From Marinilabiliaceae bacterium (GTDB lineage Bacteria; Bacteroidota; Bacteroidia; Bacteroidales; Marinilabiliaceae), in contig JALVJU010000091.1 in the NCBI GenBank assembly GCA_027034005.1, positions 1 through 42,818 on the forward strand: DNA of 42,818 nucleotides, read 5' to 3'. The position numbers and the translations under genes are program-made. Under the pieces are notes generated by a model. The model saw nothing but the letters and a program-made list of their open reading frames with translations. It had not been told where the DNA came from and did not search any database. Shown in pieces: positions 25,153 to 34,821 of this stretch (position 1 is its first letter; each line of letters begins with the position of its first letter).

Positions 25153-26238
25153 CTATTTGTGCAGGTTTGCAACGATGTAAGGGGCAATTTTATCAAGGGG
25201 TAAAATGGTCTCGGCGGCATCAAGTTTTATTGCCTCTTTGGGCATACCGAACACAACGCACGAGTGTTCATCCTGGGCAATTGTATGAGCTCCTGATTCC
25301 TTTAGTTCAAGAAGGCCTTTGGCTCCGTCGTTGCCCATTCCCGTCATAAGTATTCCGAGAGCATTCTTTCCAGCATATCTTGCAGCCGAACGGAACAGCA
25401 CATCGACGGACGGACGGTGCCTGTTCACGAGCGGGCCCTCTTTTACCTCCACAGAGTACTCTTTACCCACTCTTTTCAGCAGCATATGTTTGTTCCCGGG
25501 AGCAACAAGAACACGTCCCTGATACAGCCTGTCGCCGTTCTCTGCCTCTTTAACCTCAAGTTTGCATATGTTGTTAAGACTGTTGGCAAATGATTTTGTG
25601 AATCCTTCAGGCATGTGCTGAACAATGGCTATACCCGGCGATTTCTTCGGCAGTTGTGCCAGGAAATTACGGATCGCTTCGGTGCCTCCGGTAGAAGCTC
25701 CGAGAACAATTATCTTATCAGTATTTATGATACGTTTGTATGCCGATACCTTTTCAAGTATCACATCGGCAGAGTACTTTGGCGGCACAACGGGAGTCTG
25801 CCGTGAAGCTCTTATTTTTTTCCGTTTCAGCTTAGCTTTTGAGGCTGCCTTAACAGCATCACACAGCATGATTTTCGACTCATTGAAGAACTGAGCCGCA
25901 TTCATGGCCGGCTTACCTATGATCTCACTGGCACCGTACTCAAGCGCTTTCATGGCAACCTCTGTTCCCTGTGTGGTAAGCGAAGAAATAACCACCACAG
26001 GAATAGGGTTCTGTGACATAATTTTCCGCAGAAAAGTGAGACCATCCATTCTCGGCATCTCGATATCGAGGGTGATCACATCAGGAACCTCCTTCATGAT
26101 CTTCTTCACGGCAATTATCGGATCGGCAGCTGTTGCAATGACAGTAATATCAGGGTCAGACTCCAGGATAGAAGAGAGGCTCTGACGCACTACCGCCGAA
26201 TCATCAACAACCAAAACACGAATTTTATCTTTCATCAT
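25153..26238 (-). CDS. cheB: chemotaxis response regulator protein-glutamate methylesterase
   Basis: 361 aa. REC ([26 protein letters not shown]) plus esterase ([34 protein letters not shown]). Confidence 0.95.
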   Translation of the reverse strand: MMKDKIRVLVVDDSAVVRQSLSSILESDPDITVIATAADPIIAVKKIMKEVPDVITLDIEMPRMDGLTFLRKIMSQNPIPVVVISSLTTQGTEVAMKALEYGASEIIGKPAMNAAQFFNESKIMLCDAVKAASKAKLKRKKIRASRQTPVVPPKYSADVILEKVSAYKRIINTDKIIVLGASTGGTEAIRNFLAQLPKKSPGIAIVQHMPEGFTKSFANSLNNICKLEVKEAENGDRLYQGRVLVAPGNKHMLLKRVGKEYSVEVKEGPLVNRHRPSVDVLFRSAARYAGKNALGILMTGMGNDGAKGLLELKESGAHTIAQDEHSCVVFGMPKEAIKLDAAETILPLDKIAPYIVANLHK

Positions 26239-26340
26239 ACTGCCTTTCGAACGGATAAGTTACTAAAACTTTTTCTAAAATAATATGTCATTTGTGTGCA
26301 AACACACAAAAAAGATGAGTTCGCTCAATTCTCATCCTGT

Positions 26341-26817
26341 TCAATATGCCTTCTTCTCAAGGAACTTATGCCGTACTTCACCTGTGTCGGTGAAGAACAG
26401 TATCTTTCTACCTCTCTTTCCCCCTGTGCTTGACGCAACCACGGGAATACCTTTCTCTTCCAGAACTATGCGTGCCATGCGGATGTTGCGTTCACCTATC
26501 ATGTAGCCCGTTCCGCTGCTGCCTTCCAGCATATCTCCGCCGCCAAACACTTTTGCCACAAGATCCTCCCTTCGGCTCCCCAATGCTAACAATTTATCTA
26601 CAAGTTTGTTTATCGCAATGTTGCCATATTTGGGAGAAGCAAGGTCGTTTCCGTTCCAGGTGGGCAGCATGTAATGGTTTATTCCGCCTATTTTCTGGCG
26701 TTTGTCCCAAATACAAATTGCCACACAGGAACCAAGTATGGTTTTCACTACATAAGGTTCCTTACTGACAAAAAGAGATGAAGGGTATAAAAAATATTGT
26801 AAATAATTTTTATTCAT
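26341..26817 (-). CDS. cheD: chemoreceptor glutamine deamidase
   Basis: 158 aa. ILGSCVAICIWD, GGINHYMLP, AKVFGGGDM. Confidence 0.9.
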   Translation of the reverse strand: MNKNYLQYFLYPSSLFVSKEPYVVKTILGSCVAICIWDKRQKIGGINHYMLPTWNGNDLASPKYGNIAINKLVDKLLALGSRREDLVAKVFGGGDMLEGSSGTGYMIGERNIRMARIVLEEKGIPVVASSTGGKRGRKILFFTDTGEVRHKFLEKKAY

Positions 26818-26828
26818 CTATCGTTCCC

Positions 26829-27728
26829 TTAAAAGATCTCATCATCGTCATCAAAAAAGATATCATTTCCTTCTCCGCTAAACCCCTCTATCATATTTTT
26901 GGCTTCCGGCAGACTTATTGAGAAAGTCGAGCCTTCGCCCTTCTTACTGTCAATGGTGATATCCCCGTCGAGGACATCAAGCAGCGCTTTTGTTATCGAC
27001 AGGCCTAAGCCATGTCCCCGGTTGATAGAGTTAATTCCGGAATCAAGACGCTTGAAGCGCTCGAAAATGATCTTCTGATTCTTTTCTGATATACCGGTCC
27101 CGAAATCCTGGACCGCTACATGAAGAATGTCGTCTTCTATGGAAACTTTAATAATTACTTTACTGTCTTTATAGCTGTATTTAAGGGCATTGTTGATAAG
27201 GTTGCTGAGTATCAGTTTCAGCTTTTCCGAGTCGGTTTTGAAGTAAAGATTTTTCCCAAAACCGTAATCTACGTTGAATTGTAAATCGATAGAGATACCC
27301 ATCTTGCGCGATACGATATTGAATGAATCGATCACATTTTGTATCAGGCTCCTGATATTCACCTTGGTGATATTCGGTGCCACTTCGCCGGCTTCTATCT
27401 TGGCTGCAACAAAAATATTCTTAAGCTGAAAATCGAGATTGAATGCTTCACTGTGTATAAGTGCAACCATTGAAACAACTTTCTTCCAGTCATTCTTCTC
27501 CACCGACAATATCGCTTTTGAAAGACCTAAGATAGATGTAAACGGGTTAACTATCTCATTCGAAATATTAGAAATGAAATGGCTTTTAAGAGCCTCCGAT
27601 TCGCTTAACTTCCTGGATACCTCCTGATAGTCTTTCGAAAGAGTCTGTAACTCGTCTTGTGCCTTTTTCGAAGCTTCAAGTCTTACCCTTAACTCTTTTA
27701 AAAGTTGTCTGTCCGATAAATTGCTCAT
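26829..27728 (-). CDS. histidine-kinase-like protein (DHp + HATPase_c) lacking the phospho-acceptor His
   Basis: 299 aa. The H-box reads KSHFISNISNEIVNPFTSILG, with Asn57 where SHE(L/I)RTP has His. The CA domain is intact: LSNLINNALKYS (N), VQDFGTGIS (G1), IFERFKR (F), GHGLGLSI (G2). No TM or sensor domain, only an N-terminal coiled coil. Confidence 0.85.
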   Translation of the reverse strand: MSNLSDRQLLKELRVRLEASKKAQDELQTLSKDYQEVSRKLSESEALKSHFISNISNEIVNPFTSILGLSKAILSVEKNDWKKVVSMVALIHSEAFNLDFQLKNIFVAAKIEAGEVAPNITKVNIRSLIQNVIDSFNIVSRKMGISIDLQFNVDYGFGKNLYFKTDSEKLKLILSNLINNALKYSYKDSKVIIKVSIEDDILHVAVQDFGTGISEKNQKIIFERFKRLDSGINSINRGHGLGLSITKALLDVLDGDITIDSKKGEGSTFSISLPEAKNMIEGFSGEGNDIFFDDDDEIF

Positions 27729-27754
27729 AGTATGATCTATTTTGTATTTTTTAG

Positions 27755-28639
27755 TTAGATTACTTTTTGAAATATTGTTGGTTTTATATGTTTAAGCGGA
27801 ACATTCATGCCTGACAATGACTCCGAGTGCCCGATAAAGAAATATCCTCCCGGTTCCAGATGACGGCAAAGACTGTTTATCACTTTTTCCTGTGTTGCCC
27901 TGTCGAAATATATCAGCACATTACGGCAGAAAATCACATTGAACTTCTCTTTCACATCATAAGGGCTGTTTATTAGATTAACATACTTAAGTGTTATGTT
28001 CTTCTGCAGCATCGGGTTAACCCTTACCGTAGGATTCTCCCTGTCTTTGCTCTTTAGGAAATATTTTTTCTTGTAATCGAGCGGCATCAGTTCAACCTTG
28101 CTGGCAGCATATATTCCATGTGCAGCTATATTCATAACTTTATGTGAGATATCGGTTCCCAGTATCGAAAAGTTGAATGCAGGGTTCTTTGCCTTGAACT
28201 CATTCAGGATTATTGATATGGTATATGGTTCTTCCCCGCTCGAGCAACCGGCACTCCACACATTGAATAACCCGGAATTATTGTTCTCAAAATAATCAGG
28301 CAGGATCTCTTCCTCCAGAAAATTGAAATGAACAGGTTCCCTGAAAAAATCCGTTTTATTCGTTGTTATGACATTCAGAAAATTAAAGATCTCCTTCTGC
28401 TGGCCTTCCTTGCTGAAAAAGTACTCCTTGTATTCGGAATAAGAATTCATGTTCAGTTCACGAATTCGCTTAAGCAGCCTTCCCTGGAGCATGATACGCT
28501 TCACAGGCGGCATTTTGATCCCGTACTGAGAATAAATAAAAGAGCTGAAAGCCTGAAAATCTTTTTCCGAAAGTTCTTCTTTAAAGATGTTCAGATCCTT
28601 TTGTACCGGCTCCTGTTTATATTTGCTCTCCTGAAACAT
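27755..28639 (-). CDS. cheR: chemotaxis protein-glutamate O-methyltransferase
   Basis: 294 aa. TDFFREPVHFNFL, VWSAGCSSGEEPYTISI, ILGTDISHKV, VIFCRNVLIYFD. Confidence 0.95.
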   Translation of the reverse strand: MFQESKYKQEPVQKDLNIFKEELSEKDFQAFSSFIYSQYGIKMPPVKRIMLQGRLLKRIRELNMNSYSEYKEYFFSKEGQQKEIFNFLNVITTNKTDFFREPVHFNFLEEEILPDYFENNNSGLFNVWSAGCSSGEEPYTISIILNEFKAKNPAFNFSILGTDISHKVMNIAAHGIYAASKVELMPLDYKKKYFLKSKDRENPTVRVNPMLQKNITLKYVNLINSPYDVKEKFNVIFCRNVLIYFDRATQEKVINSLCRHLEPGGYFFIGHSESLSGMNVPLKHIKPTIFQKVI

Positions 28640-28644
28640 ATCAG

Positions 28645-29124
28645 CTACTCTATTCCTTCAATAATTTTATCCAGTTCGATGATGTCTTTCTCCGAGAATA
28701 TCTTATTCGAATCCAGTATCATCACCAGAATATCATTCAACTTGTAAGTTGATGAAATATATTTTGGTTTGTAATCATTCTCAATGGGCTTAAGCTGTTC
28801 CAGTTCCGGTTCAAACACATCCGAAACCGTATCAACAATTATTCCCACCTTCGATGTTGAGTTCTTCAGTTCGTTTATCACCTCTATCACGACAATGCAT
28901 GTCTGAGGTGTCACGTTTATCTTACCAAGATTGAATTTTACCGCAGTATCGATCAACGGGATAACCTCATCCCTGTATTCCAGAACACCCGTAACATACG
29001 GCAACGTCTCCGGTATACCCTCCGGCTCTGTATACTCCTTGATCTCAACCACCTTTTCCACGTGAATGCCAAAGGTGTTATCATTAACTTTAAAAGTGAG
29101 ATATGAGTTCGTACTTTGATCCAT
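28645..29124 (-). CDS. cheW: chemotaxis coupling protein CheW
   Basis: 159 aa. YLTFKVNDNTFGIHVEKVVEI, VLEYRDEVIPLID, GIIVDTVSDV. Confidence 0.9.
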   Translation of the reverse strand: MDQSTNSYLTFKVNDNTFGIHVEKVVEIKEYTEPEGIPETLPYVTGVLEYRDEVIPLIDTAVKFNLGKINVTPQTCIVVIEVINELKNSTSKVGIIVDTVSDVFEPELEQLKPIENDYKPKYISSTYKLNDILVMILDSNKIFSEKDIIELDKIIEGIE

Positions 29125-29135
29125 CTGTGTAAAAT

Positions 29136-29594
29136 TTATTTTTCTATTTCCTCCATAAGATCATCTTGATCTATGATATGTATAAAATCCGAATCCAGTT
29201 TGAGGGTTCCTTTAAAGCTGATATTGACCATTGTGTTCGATGAGTTATCGATAATGGTCTCCAGCAAAGCATGATCGTCACTCAGGGAATAAACTTCCTT
29301 AACGCCGTCAACTATCAATCCGATCAGGGAATCTGTCCGGCCGTCGTTCGATACCACGATTATCACTGTATCTTTTGTGTTCTTGATATTTTTAACACCC
29401 ATTATGTTCCTGAGATCGACAACCGGGATTATGTTACCGTGAAGATTTATCACTCCCACTAAATATTCCTTGGTGTTTGGCACTCTGGTTATTTTTCCCA
29501 TCTCCAGGATGTTGCGTACAGTATCGGTATCAAAGGCAAACAGTTCGTCTTTAATATTAAAGGATAATATCGATGTTAATTGTTTCTCTGCCAT
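29136..29594 (-). CDS. cheW: chemotaxis coupling protein CheW (second copy)
   Basis: 152 aa. ILSFNIKDELFAFDTDTVRNILE, VINLHGNIIPVVDLR, GLIVDGVKEV. Confidence 0.9.
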   Translation of the reverse strand: MAEKQLTSILSFNIKDELFAFDTDTVRNILEMGKITRVPNTKEYLVGVINLHGNIIPVVDLRNIMGVKNIKNTKDTVIIVVSNDGRTDSLIGLIVDGVKEVYSLSDDHALLETIIDNSSNTMVNISFKGTLKLDSDFIHIIDQDDLMEEIEK

Positions 29595-29601
29595 GGATAA
29601 A

Positions 29602-31665
29602 CTACTTTACGTTTTTGTATTTCTGGATGTCGTTGTAATATATCAGCCTGTTGGTATCTATCACCAGCGATATGGTTCCGTCACCCATGATAGAAGCACC
29701 TGATATGTTCTCAAGCTTTTTGAGGAAGCGACCTAGAGGTTTAACCACGGTCTGGTATTCTCCAATAACATTATCGACGATAACACCCACTTTCTTATCC
29801 TCATATTTTACAAGTATCAGTTGGCTGTCGTCGATTGAGATATCCTCTTCCTCAAAAATTTCACGAAGATTCAGAAATGAGTACTGCTGATCTTCAATGG
29901 TTGCAATGTTGTTGAATGAACTGCTGATCTTCACATCCTCTATCGAGTATATCTTTTCGATGTTGGAGATTGGAATCACATACTGGTTCTCTGCCACGGT
30001 TACCAGCAGGCCATCGATGATGGACAAGGTAAGAGGTATCTCAAGCGTAAGTATTGTTCCCTGGCCGATTTCCGATTCTATGGAAACCTCACCCCTGATA
30101 CTGTTTATCTTTCTCTTCACAACATCCATTCCCACACCCCGGCCCGAAATGTCCGAAACCTCGGTACGTGTGGTAAACCCGCTGAGGAAAACAAGGTCAA
30201 GTATCTCTTTCTTCGAGAGATCAATATCCTTGGATATCAATCCTCTTTCTATCGCTTTCTGCCTTATGACATCAGGGTCGATCCCTTTACCGTCATCCTG
30301 TATCTTAATGATGACATTAGCTCCTGAATAAAATGCCTTGAACACAATGGTTCCTTTCGGCGATTTTCCTGCTTTTATCCTCTCATCAGGCATCTCGATA
30401 CCGTGATCGACAGAGTTTCGCAGAATATGCAGAAGCGGATCGGTAAGGTTCTCGATAATATTTTTGTCAAGTTCGATCTCACCTCCTTCAATAATGAAAT
30501 CGATCTCCTTGTTCATCTCTTTTGATAGATCGCGGACAAGACGCTGGAAACGCATCAGTTCGTTCTGGATAGGAATGAGGCTTATTTCAAAAGCATTGTC
30601 CCTCAGCTGACGCGACAGCTTCTGAATGTTTTCCGACAATGCAACAATTGCAGGATCCCCGCTGTTCTCTGCATACAAGGTAAGCTGAGCCTGAATGGTC
30701 ACCATCTCACTCACAAGGTTCACAAGGTCGTCTATCTTGTTTGAGGCAACACGGATACTGGATATCTTATGATCCTTGAAGATATTCTTTTTCTTCGATG
30801 CCGCAGCTTTTGCCTCTTTCTGACCGTCAAAATCAATGTTCAGCAGATCCTCTTTTTTAAGAACTTTTTCCTGTGTCACCGCTTCTTCAACCAGTTCCTT
30901 CAATTTAGGATGCGAAAGCACATTGCCTTCCGATATCTCGGCAATCTCGATCTCACATTCATCCTCCACAAAGATGAAAACATCTTTAATCTCGTTCAAC
31001 GGTTCCTTCGTGTTCAGGATTACCTGCCATGAGCAATAGTTCTTCACAGGATCAAGTTCCTGCAAAACCGGAACTTTATCATAATTAGAAACGGTAACAG
31101 CTTCACCAAGGGCATGCAGGTCATCAAGGAGGAACAACAGGTTAGTGCCGTTTTTTAGAATTTCTGCATCCGGCATAAGCGTAATCAAATAAGTCTTCGA
31201 CCTGTCCTGTACAACGTCCGGTACTCCATCCTCTTTGACAGTTTCCGTTTGTGGAGGGTGGGTTTCAGAGGTGTATTTACTGATCTCTTTTATCAGGTTA
31301 GCCTGCTCTTTTTTATCCTCCTCCGATTCCAGATTCCCTGTTTCGAGAATAAATTTAATATGATCAATAGAATTGAAAGTAAGCGAAATGATATCCTGAT
31401 CCGCCTTCAGCTTATCATTTCTGATAAGATCGAAGATAGTTTCAAGATGATGAGTAAAATCACTCAGGTCATTAAACCCGAACATGGCCCCTCCTCCTTT
31501 TAGGGAGTGCATGGCACGGAATATCCGCTCAATTATGTCACGGTTGCCGAGGTCTTCTTCAAGAAGCAAAAGTGCCTCCTCAAGGTCTCTCACGTTGTCC
31601 TGAGCCTCTTCTACAAATTTCGCTTTAAACTTATCAATCATAATATTAATAGCATTTACCGTCAT
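29602..31665 (-). CDS. cheA: chemotaxis histidine kinase CheA
   Basis: 687 aa. Hpt (RAMHSLKGGGAMFGF), dimerisation (IRVASNKIDDLVNLVSEMV), HATPase (HILRNSVDHGIE, DDGKGID, GRGVGMDVV), C-terminal CheW-like domain. Confidence 0.95.
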   Translation of the reverse strand: MTVNAINIMIDKFKAKFVEEAQDNVRDLEEALLLLEEDLGNRDIIERIFRAMHSLKGGGAMFGFNDLSDFTHHLETIFDLIRNDKLKADQDIISLTFNSIDHIKFILETGNLESEEDKKEQANLIKEISKYTSETHPPQTETVKEDGVPDVVQDRSKTYLITLMPDAEILKNGTNLLFLLDDLHALGEAVTVSNYDKVPVLQELDPVKNYCSWQVILNTKEPLNEIKDVFIFVEDECEIEIAEISEGNVLSHPKLKELVEEAVTQEKVLKKEDLLNIDFDGQKEAKAAASKKKNIFKDHKISSIRVASNKIDDLVNLVSEMVTIQAQLTLYAENSGDPAIVALSENIQKLSRQLRDNAFEISLIPIQNELMRFQRLVRDLSKEMNKEIDFIIEGGEIELDKNIIENLTDPLLHILRNSVDHGIEMPDERIKAGKSPKGTIVFKAFYSGANVIIKIQDDGKGIDPDVIRQKAIERGLISKDIDLSKKEILDLVFLSGFTTRTEVSDISGRGVGMDVVKRKINSIRGEVSIESEIGQGTILTLEIPLTLSIIDGLLVTVAENQYVIPISNIEKIYSIEDVKISSSFNNIATIEDQQYSFLNLREIFEEEDISIDDSQLILVKYEDKKVGVIVDNVIGEYQTVVKPLGRFLKKLENISGASIMGDGTISLVIDTNRLIYYNDIQKYKNVK

Positions 31666-31802
31666 GCATTACCGAAAGATATCAGGGTTGTTTGCCAAAC
31701 TCCCTTGTCCTGTTATTCCGTATTGTGATCATGTTCCGGCAACTTAACTTAAGTTTTAATGGAACATTGATATCTTTCAGTAAACAAACAACTGATTTTC
31801 TT

Positions 31803-32168
31803 TTATCTCAAAACCCGGGATATTGCGCTTAAAAGTTTTGCGGGAACAAAAGGCTTAATGATCCATCCGGTGGCTCCGGCCTGTTTTGCCTCCATCTTTT
31901 TAGCAGTTTGAGATTCTGTTGTAAGGAAAAGAATAGGAATATGCTTGTAGGCATCCATTTCCCTGATTTTCCTTATCAGGCCAAGACCGTCGAGGTTTGG
32001 CATGTGTAAGTCGGTAATTACGATATCGATGGTACGTCCGTCGAGAAATTTGAGAGCATCCTCTCCGTCAATACCTACTAATACTTCGTAACCTTCATTC
32101 TGAAGAGTGAAGTTCACCACCTCACGAATACTTTCAGAATCGTCAACTATAAGAACTGTTTTTGCCAT
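31803..32168 (-). CDS. cheY: single-domain response regulator CheY
   Basis: 121 aa. VLIVDDSESIRE, VITDLHMPNLDG, LFLTTES, WIIKPF. Confidence 0.9.
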   Translation of the reverse strand: MAKTVLIVDDSESIREVVNFTLQNEGYEVLVGIDGEDALKFLDGRTIDIVITDLHMPNLDGLGLIRKIREMDAYKHIPILFLTTESQTAKKMEAKQAGATGWIIKPFVPAKLLSAISRVLR

Positions 32169-32187
32169 AATCTAAATAGTATGGTTG

Positions 32188-32499
32188 TTAATTAGAAATT
32201 ATATTATTAAACCCTGCATTTGCTAAAAGCAGTTTCAGGTCATCTTTGATTTTCGATGATACCGTGAACTCAACACTGTTGCTCAGGCACGTCTTCTGAA
32301 GCGATAATACCAGTTGAATGAATGTCAGATCAATATTTTCAGGACTGGCAATGTCAACATGAACTGCTTTTGACAAATCCACCTTTTCTTTTACTGTTTT
32401 GGCGATCTCCTCGATGTAGTTTATCATAAGGTTTCCTGAGAACTTCACAGTCTGCAGGTCTGACTTTTTCCTGATCTTTATTTCAAAAGGTTTATCCAT
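32188..32499 (-). CDS. STAS-domain (anti-sigma-antagonist-like) protein
   Basis: 103 aa. The beta-alpha pattern VKFSGNLMINYIEEIAKTV...VHVDIASPENIDLTFIQLVLSL resembles SpoIIAA/RsbV-type STAS, with Thr at the usual phospho-Ser neighbourhood. Assignment is by pattern only. Confidence 0.55.
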   Translation of the reverse strand: MDKPFEIKIRKKSDLQTVKFSGNLMINYIEEIAKTVKEKVDLSKAVHVDIASPENIDLTFIQLVLSLQKTCLSNSVEFTVSSKIKDDLKLLLANAGFNNIISN

Positions 32500-32518
32500 C
32501 TCTTCAGTATCTTACCTG

Positions 32519-34246
32519 TTAGAATTTTTCGTAATTGTCAAGGTCAAACTCTTTACCGAGGTTAGTTATCGGTGAAGATTTAGGTTCCTCGTCCATTTCC
32601 GGCTTAGCCTCAGTCTCTTCTTTTACATCTTCTTTGTAAGAGGTGCCTTCCTGCGGCATATCTTCCGGCATGTTCGGGACTACTTTGAGATCAAGATTGC
32701 TTTCATCTATCTTGAAGAATCCAACAGCCTGGTTCAGGTTCATTGCAAGTACCGAAAGCTGGTTAGAGCTTTGAGTAAGCTCATCGGATGATGAAGCATT
32801 TTCCTGAGTGATCATGTTAAGCTGCTGCATGGCAAGGTTGATCTGCTCCGCACCCGTCTTCTGTTCGAGACTTGCAGCTGATATCTCTTTGATAAGCTGG
32901 GTTGTCTTTTCAATATCCGGCACGAGCATTTTCGTTTTCTCGCCTGCCTCGTTCGATACTTTAAGGCCTGTGTTCACAAGAGAAACTATCTCGTCGGCAG
33001 CGCTCTTACTACGCTCTGCGAGTTTACGCACCTCAGCCGCAACAACCGAGAATCCGCGTCCGTGCTCTCCTGCTCTGGCAGCCTCAACGGCAGCATTAAG
33101 TGCAAGTATGTTGGTCTGGAATGCGATGTCGCTGATAACCGTAATCTTTTCGGAAACAAGTTTCATAGCCTTAGCAGCCTCGGAAGAAAGTTCATTTGCG
33201 ATATTAACATCCTTGGCCGTTTCTATGGTCATCTTTTCTGTTTTAACAGCATTCTCTGTGTTTTGATCAATGTTAGCTACCATCTCTTCAATAGATGTCG
33301 ATACTTCTTCGGCTGATGCAGCCTGCTCTGCAGAACCTTTGGAAAGCTGCATTGAGCTTGTCTTTAACTGATGTCCAGAAGCAACAAGTTCATTCGCATT
33401 GCGTTTGATGGCAACAACAATATTTTTAAGGTTTTCTGCCATTTTGCTCAAGGCATTGGCAAGGTCCCCAATTTCATCTTCCTGGTTAATGTCCACTTTC
33501 GCTTCAAGGTCTCCGCTACCTATCGACTGAGCAAATTTAACACCCACTATCAGCGGCTTGACAATTGATTTATACAACAGATATCCTATGAATGATGAGA
33601 ACGCTACTATCACGATGCTCATGATTATGATAATCCACGAAAAGCTTGAAAAACTCTCATTCATTTTTGTCAGACCGAGATCACTCTCTTTGGTAAACTC
33701 ATCTGCTATCTGTTCCACTTCCTTTATTATTTTATCACTAAGCAGAATTACGTTCCCGCCTTCCTGAACCAACGGTTCAACTTCGAAAAGAACCATTGCA
33801 TCGTCGTATGACTCAAAAGAGTTAAGGCTGTTCATTATCTGCTTTTGCATCTGGAACAATGAATCGGTCTTTTGAAATATGACATTCAGACTGTCAATGT
33901 CGGAAGCATGTCCTACCTCTTTCCATTTGTCATAAAATCCCTGTATCTTTTTCTTCAGTTCCGGATATTTCTTGTCCTGAAGTTCTGCAAGCCTGACTTT
34001 ATCAGGAGTCCCCGACTGCTTATCAATGAATACCCAGTTCTTTATCAACATTTTCGACTGAGTGATCATTTGCGACAATTCTCGTAAACTGTTTGACGAC
34101 GGAGAGTAAACCTCTGTTAAGGTTTTATTCAGCTTTTTACTGTTCGACAATGTTACAAATGTCCATACTCCGTTAATTATTATCACAAACAAAATCACTC
34201 CGAAACCTACAAGGAGTTTTTGGGCAATGTTTAATTTGATCTTCAT
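32519..34246 (-). CDS. methyl-accepting chemotaxis protein (2 TM, periplasmic helical sensor, HAMP, MA domain, C-terminal tether)
   Basis: 575 aa. TM1 [20 protein letters not shown]2 [26 protein letters not shown] (GDLEAKV...EIGDLANAL), hairpin tip [37 protein letters not shown]. Ends ...DLDNYEKF. Confidence 0.95.
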   Translation of the reverse strand: MKIKLNIAQKLLVGFGVILFVIIINGVWTFVTLSNSKKLNKTLTEVYSPSSNSLRELSQMITQSKMLIKNWVFIDKQSGTPDKVRLAELQDKKYPELKKKIQGFYDKWKEVGHASDIDSLNVIFQKTDSLFQMQKQIMNSLNSFESYDDAMVLFEVEPLVQEGGNVILLSDKIIKEVEQIADEFTKESDLGLTKMNESFSSFSWIIIIMSIVIVAFSSFIGYLLYKSIVKPLIVGVKFAQSIGSGDLEAKVDINQEDEIGDLANALSKMAENLKNIVVAIKRNANELVASGHQLKTSSMQLSKGSAEQAASAEEVSTSIEEMVANIDQNTENAVKTEKMTIETAKDVNIANELSSEAAKAMKLVSEKITVISDIAFQTNILALNAAVEAARAGEHGRGFSVVAAEVRKLAERSKSAADEIVSLVNTGLKVSNEAGEKTKMLVPDIEKTTQLIKEISAASLEQKTGAEQINLAMQQLNMITQENASSSDELTQSSNQLSVLAMNLNQAVGFFKIDESNLDLKVVPNMPEDMPQEGTSYKEDVKEETEAKPEMDEEPKSSPITNLGKEFDLDNYEKF

Positions 34247-34275
34247 TATATTATATGTTTTTTATTCTTGATTAG

Positions 34276-34821
34276 CTACAGGTTTATTGCAGATGCCATA
34301 TCTTGCAGTTTTGAACTTATCTGTAATCCAAACCCGTCAGCATTCTTCTTGTTTATTTCAAACTTCAGTTTATTGTCACGGATCACAAAATTGATCATCG
34401 ATCCGTACTTGGTAGCTCCTTCTTTTTCTGTAATTATTAAGGAGTTTTTTCCGCCAAGCTTATCGATCATCTTTGCTGCGTTTTTCGACAGGTTAATGTT
34501 ATCGGAAATAAATAACGCCTGGCAGTATTTGACATCATCCGGTGTCTTGAACTCTTTTACCACAATATTCTGAAAACCGAATTTTTTACCTTTCGAAATG
34601 TTTTTCAAAAAATCAGCCACCTCTTTAGCCCGAACAACACCTATCACAAAATCACCTTGTTTCGCTGCCTCAGGCCATCCTATGTACCTGATAAAGTTTG
34701 CCGTAAAAACTGCCTTGTACTTGGCAATCTGGCTGTAACCGGTAAGCGGCAACATTAATTCCCCAGTGCTATAACAATTTTTTTCATATCCAAAATCATT
34801 CTCATTAAAAGTTAAGTTCAA
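34276..34821 (-). CDS. YfiR-like (DUF4154) protein, first gene of the che operon; start uncertain
   Basis: 181 aa from a TTG start. KYKAVFTANFIRYIGWPE, VIGVV, ALFIS, SLIITEKEG, INFVIRDNKLKFEIN match the DUF4154 layout as I recall it. No signal peptide is visible in the open frame. Confidence 0.6.
   Translation of the reverse strand: MNLTFNENDFGYEKNCYSTGELMLPLTGYSQIAKYKAVFTANFIRYIGWPEAAKQGDFVIGVVRAKEVADFLKNISKGKKFGFQNIVVKEFKTPDDVKYCQALFISDNINLSKNAAKMIDKLGGKNSLIITEKEGATKYGSMINFVIRDNKLKFEINKKNADGFGLQISSKLQDMASAINL

Noticed and set aside
26291-26310. Hairpin TTTGTGTG-CAAA-CACACAAA in the 102-nt cheD-cheB spacer
   Set aside because: The stem is only 8 bp with three G-C pairs and has no proper downstream U-tract in the transcribed (minus) direction. 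It is too weak to call a terminator or attenuator.
32808-33266. 152-aa plus-strand ORF antisense to the MCP signalling domain
   Set aside because: Its Ser/Ala-rich translation mirrors the Ala/Ser/Glu-rich MA domain. The minus-strand frame carries the invariant MCP hairpin tip.
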